NCBI GenBank assembly: GCA_963760615.1
Contig: CAVXDX010000008.1
Coordinates: 64,001 to 128,000, forward strand
From: an uncultured Candidatus Micrarchaeota archaeon
GTDB taxonomy: Archaea; Micrarchaeota; Micrarchaeia; Burarchaeales; Fermentimicrarchaeaceae
Direction: 5' to 3'
Length of the DNA: 64,000 bases
Below the pieces are notes generated by a model. The model made no database searches. It was not told where the DNA came from and saw only the letters and a list, made by a program, of their open reading frames with translations. How positions within the stretch are numbered: the stretch's first letter is position 1; every line of letters starts with the position of its first letter. A program made the translations under genes and the position numbers. Shown in pieces: positions 39,478 to 47,529 of this stretch.

Positions 39478-39514
39478 CAGGGAGATTAGAAAGAACCGCA
39501 AGGTTCCTCTCCTG
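39478..39514 (+). other. Conserved 3' stem-loop, copy 2
   Basis: CAGGGAGA-TTAGAAA-GAACC-GCAA-GGTTC-CTCTCCTG with GNRA loop. Confidence 0.5.
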
Positions 39515-39540
39515 AGCCAATATTAACCTTTCCAGTTCCG

Positions 39541-39760
39541 GCACATCTCGCACAAGAAACAGCACTTTCATCTCGGGCATAAGCAATACCGGTGAAAACA
39601 GTGATTTCACCTCGGCAGTAAATCACTGGTAAATCGCCATAAAACTCGGTAAATCCCTCTTTCTCGCAAGCGTATAAATTACGTCGGGTAAATGCGGTAA
39701 ATCCGCTCGCGTTGCGGAAAGGTCTGCCGTCGGAGTGATGGCAGTAGCGGATTTACTTTT
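39541..39760. other. Repeat-rich, structured non-coding segment
   Basis: GTAAAT(C) at 39618, 39629, 39649, 39688, 39697, inverted at 39750; 11-bp inverted repeat 39697..39707/39746..39756 enclosing an 8-bp stem. Confidence 0.5.
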
Positions 39761-39787
39761 CAGGAAGCTCCGGGTATTCCAGCAGGA

Positions 39788-40651
39788 CTACCTTCGGGAT
39801 ATTCCCAAGCTTGTCGATTGCTCTTTCTTCAGCATCTTCGAGTTGAAATGGTCGTAAATCCTTATCACAGTGTCTGCTGCCGAAGCGACCACCTGTTCAT
39901 ACTCCTCCCTGCTTATCTCGCACTTTTCATCTACTCTGTGCGGAAGGTGGAACACGAACCCTTCTAGGGCTACCTCGTAATGCTCATACAGCTCCTTGGC
40001 TATTGTCTTGTCGTCAGGATAGTCAAATCTTCGCAGAGATGCCCTAAGCTTGTCAATCCTTCTCAGAGGCTCGGCTCCAGGTGAACTCTGCCAAAGAGTT
40101 ACATTAATGCCGGGTATTTTCAAATACTCCTCAAAGACTTCCTTTGAGTCTGCTTCGACGTAAACAATTGGGTTGCTTTTCAGCTCGGTAGGCTTCGAGT
40201 TGCTGTAAACTAAATAAGGAGCATGTGTTGCTGGGCTGTAGTGTATGTCTACAATGACGCTTGCACGCTCATCCCTTGCAGTTCCTAGCATTTCATTGTA
40301 AACTAGCAGATTATCGAAATTCTCCTTTTTGAAGAGCCTGTCCTGTTTCCTCATGCCGTAATCCTTTCCTGTTTTCATCCAGTGCAGGTCTATGACATCA
40401 GATGCATGCGTAAACGATTTCAGTTCGCAGACCTTTATGTCCCTCTCACCCTTGATTTTTTGAATTCGTTTCGCAACATCTTCCGTGAACTGCCTCTCAG
40501 GAGTGTGGGCGCCCCATGTCACGAGCATCGTTATGTATCTCCTTGCTTCCCCGACGTCCTGCGCGGCTTTCTCGAATTCTTTCTTATTCAGAATAGTCTT
40601 TATAGGTACGCTCCCCTCACCAGTCTCTGCGGTTTTGTGAATTCCATCCAT
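39788..40651 (-). CDS. Orphan protein, possible M14/AstE-like zinc hydrolase fold
   Basis: TWGAHTPE (HxxE) and IVDIHY motifs. Confidence 0.65.
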   Translation of the reverse strand: MDGIHKTAETGEGSVPIKTILNKKEFEKAAQDVGEARRYITMLVTWGAHTPERQFTEDVAKRIQKIKGERDIKVCELKSFTHASDVIDLHWMKTGKDYGMRKQDRLFKKENFDNLLVYNEMLGTARDERASVIVDIHYSPATHAPYLVYSNSKPTELKSNPIVYVEADSKEVFEEYLKIPGINVTLWQSSPGAEPLRRIDKLRASLRRFDYPDDKTIAKELYEHYEVALEGFVFHLPHRVDEKCEISREEYEQVVASAADTVIRIYDHFNSKMLKKEQSTSLGISRR

Positions 40652-40726
40652 GCCTGAATTATGCCTTTTCTTCTATTTAAACCCTAGAGAAGTCTATAAA
40701 GATTGTTATAAGGTAACTCCGGGAAC

Positions 40727-41737
40727 CTATCGCTCGACCAGCTCAACCCTCAAAAGTTTATTTTTTATGAACGAGTCCAAACGATCGGAAAGCTCACCTC
40801 CCAATCCGCTCGAGCTCATCCCAGACATTTTCAGCTCCTCTTGAAGCTTCCAATCTTCTAAATGCCCCCGCCCTCCATTTGCCCGGTCCAGCTCCACAAT
40901 CAGCTTTTCTATCTCTCCCAGCCCTCCCTCCCTCTCGAATACTATTTCGTGCCATTTAGCTTCAAAAATTCTGGATGCTTCCTCAGGAGTTATAAAGCCC
41001 CTCTGGTCTATCCTATGCTCGATTTCAATAAACGCTTCCCCTATGATGGAAGGAAGCTTGCGTATTTCAGCATCAAATTCCGCCCTCTTCCCGCGTTCAT
41101 ACTTTATTCTTGTCATTTTCAGCGACTCCTTCTTCGGAGGTGATTCCAGCAAATGTATGTCGGTCAGCTGCCCCAGGCTTATCCCCTGGTCCTCCAGATT
41201 CTTTACATTTGTGGAGATGGTATCCAGTCGGGTCTTGTTGACGAACTTTACTATATCCGCCATGGGGATCCGCGTCTCTTCCTTCAGCATGTTTATTATA
41301 TCCCTTTCAACCTCATCAAGAAAACTGCTGAATTCCGCAGGCGCTTTTGTCAGGAGGCCCTGCCGGGCGTACTCCGCTGGGTTCCTCCCTCGCGTTTCCA
41401 GAGCCATTATGTTAGCCTCAAGGTTAATCGGGGTTGCCCCTAGGAGCGACAGCGAGGGAATGGAGCATATCTTGTGCCTATCAAAAATCTGCATATTCTT
41501 CTCAATCTTATCCATTGAAGCGTGCTTTAGAAGGTTGCTTATGCCCTCAACGGAAGCACTCTCCACTCTGCTTTTTATTATCCGGATAGTCTCCCTGTCT
41601 CCCTTCGGGCGGCTGTCTGCTAAGGCCTTTGCATCACCCCAGCGCATGTAAAGGTCTCTCATCAGCCATTTTTCAAACTCCCCTCTGCTCATAAGCCTGG
41701 TATCCTTCCCTTCAGTTTTGACCTGCTCGGCGCACAT
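40727..41737 (-). CDS. Orphan helical-repeat protein (mTERF-like), paralog of 32192..33439
   Basis: LETRGRNPAEYAR vs LKDRGRDVKEYAR; VKFVNKT vs VKLVNKT. Confidence 0.7.
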   Translation of the reverse strand: MCAEQVKTEGKDTRLMSRGEFEKWLMRDLYMRWGDAKALADSRPKGDRETIRIIKSRVESASVEGISNLLKHASMDKIEKNMQIFDRHKICSIPSLSLLGATPINLEANIMALETRGRNPAEYARQGLLTKAPAEFSSFLDEVERDIINMLKEETRIPMADIVKFVNKTRLDTISTNVKNLEDQGISLGQLTDIHLLESPPKKESLKMTRIKYERGKRAEFDAEIRKLPSIIGEAFIEIEHRIDQRGFITPEEASRIFEAKWHEIVFEREGGLGEIEKLIVELDRANGGRGHLEDWKLQEELKMSGMSSSGLGGELSDRLDSFIKNKLLRVELVER

Positions 41738-41805
41738 GGTTAGATTATGGCTTTTTCGATATTTAAGCTTGTTCGATTAACACCGGCAAATCGTAACTTT
41801 CGGTT

Positions 41806-41823
41806 ATGTAACCATGGTTACAT
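41806..41823. promoter_or_regulatory. Perfect palindrome ATGTAACCATGGTTACAT
   Basis: Upstream of the 41737 promoter; 16-bp core recurs at 45085. Confidence 0.65.
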
Positions 41824-41831
41824 CTAACCTC

Positions 41832-42884
41832 TCAACCCATCTTATCAGGAAGCTTCGGTGCCTTCCTTATCAGCTCGTCAATGTCGGTTATGCCTGTCTT
41901 AAACTTCTCCAGGCTTACCCCATACATCTTCACTTCCTTCTGGCCCACCACAACAAGATTAGCCTCCTCTATTCCTAGAAACAAGCCCCTCGCTTTGCAT
42001 CTCTTTTCAAAATCATCCAATCTCTCTTTACCAACTATTGCCTGCAATGTGTAATAATCCCTGAAACCCTCGCTGTATCTCCTTGCCTTGCCTGCTTCGT
42101 CCCTCCATACGTCAAAATTCAAATATTTATCCTGAGGGTGATCATAGTCCCCCATCCCATGTTTATGTTTATAAAATGCAGGGAGAGGAGTTGCTATTTT
42201 ATCCATAAAACTTATAGCATAAAACGCCCTGACAAATGCATCCTTGCTGCTGAGCAATTCAGTCTCGGCGAAAGTGGCTTTGCCTTCGCTGTACCTCTGC
42301 ATAGCCCTCCGCAGCCTTTTTGCATCCTCACCCCCAGTACGGAATTTATGTAAATCCTCCCAAAAAAGAGCCAGCCTACGGGCACTTTCATCACGTATAT
42401 GGTCCATCTCGTGCAATATTGCTCCAATCGACGAAATGGCGGATTCCTGCGCGTAATACAGCACTCGGGTGCCGTCCTTCTCACGGCTTCCATGCCAATC
42501 TCCGTCATAAGATTTGAGTATTCTCAAACCTTGAGTTTCCATCCCATGATTTTTCTTTACATACTCAAGTACCTGCATAAAGTGATCCCTTGACTGGATT
42601 GAGAGGGGCAAATTGTTCTCTTCAGCAAAGTGGTTATCAAGATACCGAACTAGCGGGCTGTTGCCTAACCGGAACATTCTGCCTGCCTTTATAGTCTCGC
42701 TGTATCTGTACGGATCCTTTATTTCCTTCAGCCTCTCTCTCGCCCAGTCTCCCATCCACGCCTTTACTTCCTTTTGTTTCTCCAATGTGCCCAGCGCCTC
42801 ATCAGCTATCTTCCAGCATTTTTCATAGAGTCCCTTGGCTTCTTCGCTTAAAACCAGCTCGCTTGACTTTGTAGCTGTTACCAT
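41832..42884 (-). CDS. Orphan protein with HExxH zincin-like motif
   Basis: GAILHEMDH; no signal peptide. Confidence 0.7.
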   Translation of the reverse strand: MVTATKSSELVLSEEAKGLYEKCWKIADEALGTLEKQKEVKAWMGDWARERLKEIKDPYRYSETIKAGRMFRLGNSPLVRYLDNHFAEENNLPLSIQSRDHFMQVLEYVKKNHGMETQGLRILKSYDGDWHGSREKDGTRVLYYAQESAISSIGAILHEMDHIRDESARRLALFWEDLHKFRTGGEDAKRLRRAMQRYSEGKATFAETELLSSKDAFVRAFYAISFMDKIATPLPAFYKHKHGMGDYDHPQDKYLNFDVWRDEAGKARRYSEGFRDYYTLQAIVGKERLDDFEKRCKARGLFLGIEEANLVVVGQKEVKMYGVSLEKFKTGITDIDELIRKAPKLPDKMG

Positions 42885-42936
42885 GCCTAAATTATGCCTC
42901 TTTTGATATATTAAGATTACTTTGGAAGTTGGAATC

Positions 42937-43012
42937 TGAACTCAAAAGTAACTGCCCGCCCTTGGCATCCTGAACTGAAATGTTAATGCCCAGCTGTAGC
43001 TTTGAACTGAAA
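42937..43012 (+). repeat. Three TGAACT(C/G)AAA direct repeats
   Basis: Copies at 42937, 42971, 43003. Confidence 0.5.
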
Positions 43013-43024
43013 TAGTCAAGAACC

Positions 43025-43159
43025 TTAATATACTCCTGAATAACAGACCACCTTTTTTATCTTTCTAGTTCCAACCGTTCCGTCAGGAAGAATAAATGCC
43101 TTATATCTAGCCCTTCGCTTCTTTTCCCGCTTATAAATGCAACCTCTTGGAGCTTTCAT
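43025..43159 (-). CDS. Small basic protein (44 aa)
   Basis: MKAPRGCIYKREKKRRARYKAFILPDGTVGTRKIKKVVCYSGVY; GAGGTG SD; below ORF-track cutoff. Confidence 0.5.
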   Translation of the reverse strand: MKAPRGCIYKREKKRRARYKAFILPDGTVGTRKIKKVVCYSGVY

Positions 43160-43222
43160 TTATACCACCTCTATTTTTTAACTTCTTTTTTTGTTAATTC
43201 ATCTTTTTGTTTCGTCATGATT

Positions 43223-43654
43223 TCACTCCCACAATTTTTTAATTACCTCATCAACAGTTATCGTTTCAAAAATTGGGCAGTCCTTTTTTTCAAAGTCTAT
43301 TATCTTCTGTATCTTTTCCCTGTTCCATTTTTCTACTCCTCTGAATAAGTTATCTGGGCCGATAGCACAGAAATCAGGTCTTTCCTTATCCCAAACCGAG
43401 CAGTAATATTTTCCGTCTTTCATATATAGTTTAGCACACTCTTTTTTGAATGTTATCTGCTTCATGTCGAGTCCATCCCCAAATGTAAAAGGCGTGTCCT
43501 CTGTGATCTCTGTGATAATTGTATTATCGAGCATCCATCTAAACCTAAGTGCGGAGTCTAAAGTATCGTATAGAGTATATTCCTTGCAACACTTGGCACA
43601 TCTTTGGCATATCTCCGAGTTTGCCAATTTGCTTTTGTTCCCGATTATTGTCAT
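43223..43654 (-). CDS. YkgJ-like cysteine-cluster protein
   Basis: CQRCAKCC...CAKL...CSVWDKERPDFC; ATGA-coupled to the TBP-like gene. Confidence 0.75.
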   Translation of the reverse strand: MTIIGNKSKLANSEICQRCAKCCKEYTLYDTLDSALRFRWMLDNTIITEITEDTPFTFGDGLDMKQITFKKECAKLYMKDGKYYCSVWDKERPDFCAIGPDNLFRGVEKWNREKIQKIIDFEKKDCPIFETITVDEVIKKLWE

Positions 43655-43965
43655 CTGCTCACCTTCTTGGGGACTGGCAGAGGTTTTGTATGGGGAGCCA
43701 GTAGCTTTATCGCTCGCTCTAAGGCATACTTCACTTCTCTCTCATTCTTGCAGCCTGTGCATATTACCTTGCCGTTCTTGAAGAGCAGAAGAGATGCCTT
43801 TGGATCTTTGAACTTGAGTATTGCACCTGGGAACTGCTCTGGCTCATACTCCACATTCCTGATTTTGCTGGCAATAGTGTAAAGGTCAAGCTCCACTCCC
43901 AGATTGGCTGAAGCTACTATGTTCTCTATCTTGAACGATGGATCAATTGTAAGTTTCTTTGTCAA
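43651..43965 (-). CDS. Single-repeat TATA-binding protein homolog (half-TBP)
   Basis: KIENIVASANLGVELDL, EYEPEQFPGAI, LLLFKNGKVICTG; only one TBP repeat (104 aa); TTG start. Confidence 0.88.
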   Translation of the reverse strand: MTKKLTIDPSFKIENIVASANLGVELDLYTIASKIRNVEYEPEQFPGAILKFKDPKASLLLFKNGKVICTGCKNEREVKYALERAIKLLAPHTKPLPVPKKVSR

Positions 43966-44065
43966 TGAAACACCTTCTCTGCCCCTTCCAGCCCATTTCT
44001 ACTTAAAACCACCTGTTAGATGCCTCCCACCATACTCTCACTCATCAAATAGTTCTGTTCTGTAG

Positions 44066-44090
44066 TATATTAAGATTGCTTTGGCTTGAG
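44066..44090 (-). promoter_or_regulatory. 25-bp element identical to 5243..5267
   Basis: Reverse complement CTCAAGCCAAAGCAATCTTAATATA upstream of the half-TBP operon. Confidence 0.7.
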
Positions 44091-44096
44091 AATAAG

Positions 44097-45047
44097 CTAA
44101 ACCCTCCCTTCCTTCAGATCTCTCAGATACTCATCCGGATGATCTATGTGCCTCATGGTAAGAGGAGGATGTTTAATCGTGTATTTGATTGGGTTTTCCC
44201 CGGTTTTTTTCTCTATATACCCCAAGAACGCCATGCCCTTGGAATTTAGAGGTTGCTCCTCGTCCTCCTTAAGCAGTGTGGACTGTCTCATAGCCTTGTA
44301 GGAGTAACCAAATTTGCTTATAACCCGGTACCCGGCGTAGTATGCAATGCCCTCGTCGAAAGCTTGCCGGGCGTCAATCCCGTCTCTGACTATCTGCCAT
44401 CTCGCCTCCATAGCTTCCTCATCCCCTGCTAGTTCAGAGTGGATTTTTACCTGCTCACGTATGGAGTCTACAGACCAGTTCGCAACCTCAGGAATATTCT
44501 CCTTGATTGTTTGGTGCAGCTGCTCGTGGACAAAAGTGTTAAGGACAAGAAACCTCTCGATTCTCTTCCCTTCCTCGCTGTTTGGGCTGACTAGTTGCAC
44601 TGCGCACTGCAGTCTAAACAGCTCTTCAATGTTGTCCCGCACAATATATGCGGTATTTTGCTCAGAGCTGAAAAAACCGGAAGTAGCTCTAAAAATGCTG
44701 GGCATATCGAAATCAACACCTTCCATTATCTCCCGTCTGAGCTCTTCGAGGAGAGTCTTATCGGACATGAACTTTTTGGATGTCGAGTAGAACTCTTCCT
44801 GCGTCATTTTCGTCGCTTCATCCCTGCTAATGAATTTTATGCTTATCTCGCCTTTTTTAAAACTCGTACTTACTTTCATCCCTGTTATGTCTTCGATACG
44901 TTTTGCAACTTGCATTATTTCGTATTTCGAAGGCACGTATAGCTCGGTTGGTGGAGAAGCAGATTCGCTATTAGTTTTATCTGCACCATGAAGTCTGATT
45001 ATATGGTCCTTTATGTTCGTATCAGCTGATGGCTTAACAGTCCACAT
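44097..45047 (-). CDS. Orphan protein with gluzincin-like HExxH...E motif
   Basis: TFVHEQLH ... FDEGIAYY; no signal peptide. Confidence 0.75.
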   Translation of the reverse strand: MWTVKPSADTNIKDHIIRLHGADKTNSESASPPTELYVPSKYEIMQVAKRIEDITGMKVSTSFKKGEISIKFISRDEATKMTQEEFYSTSKKFMSDKTLLEELRREIMEGVDFDMPSIFRATSGFFSSEQNTAYIVRDNIEELFRLQCAVQLVSPNSEEGKRIERFLVLNTFVHEQLHQTIKENIPEVANWSVDSIREQVKIHSELAGDEEAMEARWQIVRDGIDARQAFDEGIAYYAGYRVISKFGYSYKAMRQSTLLKEDEEQPLNSKGMAFLGYIEKKTGENPIKYTIKHPPLTMRHIDHPDEYLRDLKEGRV

Positions 45048-45084
45048 GCTGAGATTATGCCTCTTTCAATATTTAAGCTTGCTT

Positions 45085-45100
45085 TGTAACCATGGTTACA
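45085..45100. promoter_or_regulatory. Perfect palindrome TGTAACCATGGTTACA
   Basis: A few bp upstream of the TATA box of the 45047 gene, between divergent orphan genes. Confidence 0.65.
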
Positions 45101-45191
45101 TTCTCCGCCAAATCTCATCTTCGCTTTGGTATTAGCCTGTTTCTCGGCAGATTTAAATATCAGAAATGGCGTAATTTAAGTGCTGAGATTT

Positions 45192-45644
45192 ATGGTAACA
45201 ACTGTGATGGATGAACCAAAAATGCGGGTAGAAATGCAAAGGAAATACTTTAAAGAAAAAGATTACAAAGTGGTAGAAGTTCCTAGAAGCAGGCTGGGTG
45301 AACTGTCCCACATATGGAGCCTGCTGCCAAGGATCGGGTATGACGAAGGCAAACCTCAGCCCAGTATGATTCCTGTCGGTTTTGTAAAAAAAGAAGACGA
45401 AAAATGGCATCTTTTGGGTGTAGTAAAGCATCAGGATGTATTGCATCATGTACCAGGATCATCGGATTTGTTTGTAGAACCGCTAACAGGGAAATTAAGC
45501 ATAACTCCAAAACCCCAAGACGATATAACACGAAATATGGTTGAGGTTCTTGTTGCAAGGCTTCCAGAGCCATTAAAAACCAAGCTGTATGAAGCAGCCC
45601 TAAAGCATGCGGATTTAGGCAGGGATATGTTCGTAAAGGATTAG
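45192..45644 (+). CDS. Orphan protein
   Basis: About 150-aa ORF behind TTTAAATA...GGCGTAATT. Confidence 0.65.
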   Translation: MVTTVMDEPKMRVEMQRKYFKEKDYKVVEVPRSRLGELSHIWSLLPRIGYDEGKPQPSMIPVGFVKKEDEKWHLLGVVKHQDVLHHVPGSSDLFVEPLTGKLSITPKPQDDITRNMVEVLVARLPEPLKTKLYEAALKHADLGRDMFVKD

Positions 45645-45656
45645 GACACCGCCAGA

Positions 45657-46214
45657 TTACAGCTCTCCCTTCATCTTCTCAAGCAGAAAATCAAATCTAG
45701 TAAAGCCCGCTTCCTCGTTGATATGCCCCGCATTCTTCAGGATAATCAGTTCTGCTTTGAGGTTTTTTGCAAGATTTCTGCCCTGCTCAAGTGGTACATA
45801 GGGGTCGTTATCTGAGTTCATCACATAGAACTTTCCGCAGTTTCTCCTTATTTTATTCCAGTCGAACTGCTTTCCCACGAATGTTCCAATAAATTCATCA
45901 AACTCCGGGTTATCCAGAGGAGTTGTGAAACCTGCGACAAAAAAAGCCGCCTTAACAGGTTTATCCAGTCTTTCAATCACGCTAAGAAGGAATGCAACTC
46001 CCAGGCTGTGACCGACAACAATGGAGTTTTCCAGCTGAGGCTTATACTTTTCAAATGCATCCAGCCAGTTCTGCAGCTTCGGGTCTTCGGGGTTGGGAAG
46101 CTGCGGGACAAGCACTCTGCAGCCCAGCTTCTTCAGCTCATTTTTAAGCCAAGGAAGCCAGTTCTCAGAGGGGCTTCCGCCAATGCCGTGTATAATGAAG
46201 ACGTTAGTCATCAC
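45657..46214 (-). CDS. RBBP9/YdeN-family alpha/beta hydrolase
   Basis: IIHG, WLPWL, GHSLG nucleophile, SDNDPYVP, AGHIN. Confidence 0.9.
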   Translation of the reverse strand: MMTNVFIIHGIGGSPSENWLPWLKNELKKLGCRVLVPQLPNPEDPKLQNWLDAFEKYKPQLENSIVVGHSLGVAFLLSVIERLDKPVKAAFFVAGFTTPLDNPEFDEFIGTFVGKQFDWNKIRRNCGKFYVMNSDNDPYVPLEQGRNLAKNLKAELIILKNAGHINEEAGFTRFDFLLEKMKGEL

Positions 46215-47227
46215 AAAACCTTGAAATCCACCACAACCTGCACAATTCCGGGAGCGAAAGGCCTCACTATCCTCTTCCCGATTATTTCCGCCTTTCTCCC
46301 GCTGAGCTTTGCTTCGCTTATGACAAGCCTCTCAGCATCCTCAAACGGGTTTTTCTCAGGGGCAAACTGGTATATGTGTATTACGCAGTTCTTCCTTGCC
46401 GCAAGGAAAGCTTCTGAAAGGAATTTCTCAGCCCCTTTTGGGAGAGGCATTAGAATCCTGTCCGCGGAATTCACAAATTTTTTCGGAATGATATCCTTAA
46501 CATCTCCCAGTATGGGAGTTATCATCTCCTGCATCCTGTTCAGCCTTATGTTTTCTTGCATGTACTTGAATGCAACAGGATTCAGCTCTATTGCTTCAAT
46601 TTTCACCCTCGGCTGCATTTTGGTAATCACTATGGGAAAGGGCCCCACTCCAGCAAACATTGCAAGGATTTTCTCTCCAGGCTTCACCTGTTCTGCAATT
46701 CTTTCCCTCTCGAAAGACAGCCTTGGGGTGAAGTAAACTTTCGCAACATCAAGCCGGAACCTGCAGCCATTCTCCTTGTACTCCGCAACCGTCCTTTTCT
46801 CGCCTGCGAGGAACTTCAGCTTCCTTATCCTGTACACACCTTCCATGGGCCCGAGCTTCTTGTAGACTGATTTGACATTCCTGTGCACGCTGAGCAAAGA
46901 ATCTGCAATGAGCTTCTCCTTTTTCTCAAGCTCCTTGGGAATTTCAACTATTGCAATATCTCCGATAACATCGAAAGACTTCACTACCGAGTTGAGCTCT
47001 TCCGCTGTTAATTTACCTTTCAAGCTCTCCTCAAGCGAGAGGACTCGTGGGGCTCTTTTCTCAAGCTTCTTTTCAATGAGCTTGAAGCTCTTGAATCCGC
47101 CCTTCAGAGGGAAGTAAATTCCTGTTGGCTCAGCTTTGGGGGAATAACTGTTGTCAAGCAAGTTTAGCGAGATGAGCTCTTTTCTGACTCTCTCCGCGTC
47201 TTTTCTCTTAACGAGTATGCATTTCAT
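46211..47227 (-). CDS. Trm5/Tyw2-family tRNA methyltransferase
   Basis: FDVIGDIAI, FAGVGPF, IELNP, VYFTPRL. Confidence 0.9.
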   Translation of the reverse strand: MKCILVKRKDAERVRKELISLNLLDNSYSPKAEPTGIYFPLKGGFKSFKLIEKKLEKRAPRVLSLEESLKGKLTAEELNSVVKSFDVIGDIAIVEIPKELEKKEKLIADSLLSVHRNVKSVYKKLGPMEGVYRIRKLKFLAGEKRTVAEYKENGCRFRLDVAKVYFTPRLSFERERIAEQVKPGEKILAMFAGVGPFPIVITKMQPRVKIEAIELNPVAFKYMQENIRLNRMQEMITPILGDVKDIIPKKFVNSADRILMPLPKGAEKFLSEAFLAARKNCVIHIYQFAPEKNPFEDAERLVISEAKLSGRKAEIIGKRIVRPFAPGIVQVVVDFKVL

Positions 47228-47284
47228 AAGGTATATTTAAGGAGTAAACTCTTTAATTCATTTCTTAGAATGGGGGGAATTGCT

Positions 47285-47443
47285 CTACTCAAGTTTTCCC
47301 CTAAGTTTCTTTGCGACTTTCTCAGCTGGTCCTGAGAGTGATATTTCCGACGCCTCTCTGTTTACACCAGGGGCATGTGTTACGAATTGTGGCTCCTCAA
47401 CTATCTTCTGATGCCTTTTTAGTGTTCCTGACACGAGTATCAC
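47285..47443 (-). CDS. Possible 52-aa orphan protein
   Basis: GTG start; MILVSGTLKRHQKIVEEPQF...; preceded by a TTTAAATA...GGCATAATT motif. Confidence 0.4.
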   Translation of the reverse strand: MILVSGTLKRHQKIVEEPQFVTHAPGVNREASEISLSGPAEKVAKKLRGKLE

Positions 47444-47529
47444 CAGTTTGAATTATGCCGTTTATACTATTTAAAAGCACTGGATACCACACCGAAGAAA
47501 GCTTTAATATTCACAGGTAAAATTATGTT

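Noticed and set aside
39486-39752. Minus-strand open frame containing CARCAGTGK (DnaJ-like CxxCxGxG)
   Set aside because: No good start, only one motif copy; probably chance within structured DNA.
39541-39787. RNase P or SRP RNA
   Set aside because: CAGGAAGCTCC at about 39761 resembles an RNase P 5' motif, but the matching 3' P4 strand and the SRP helix-8 motif were not found.
42937-43012. Mini CRISPR array
   Set aside because: Repeats are only about 10 nt with about 22-nt spacers, and there are no cas genes in the window.
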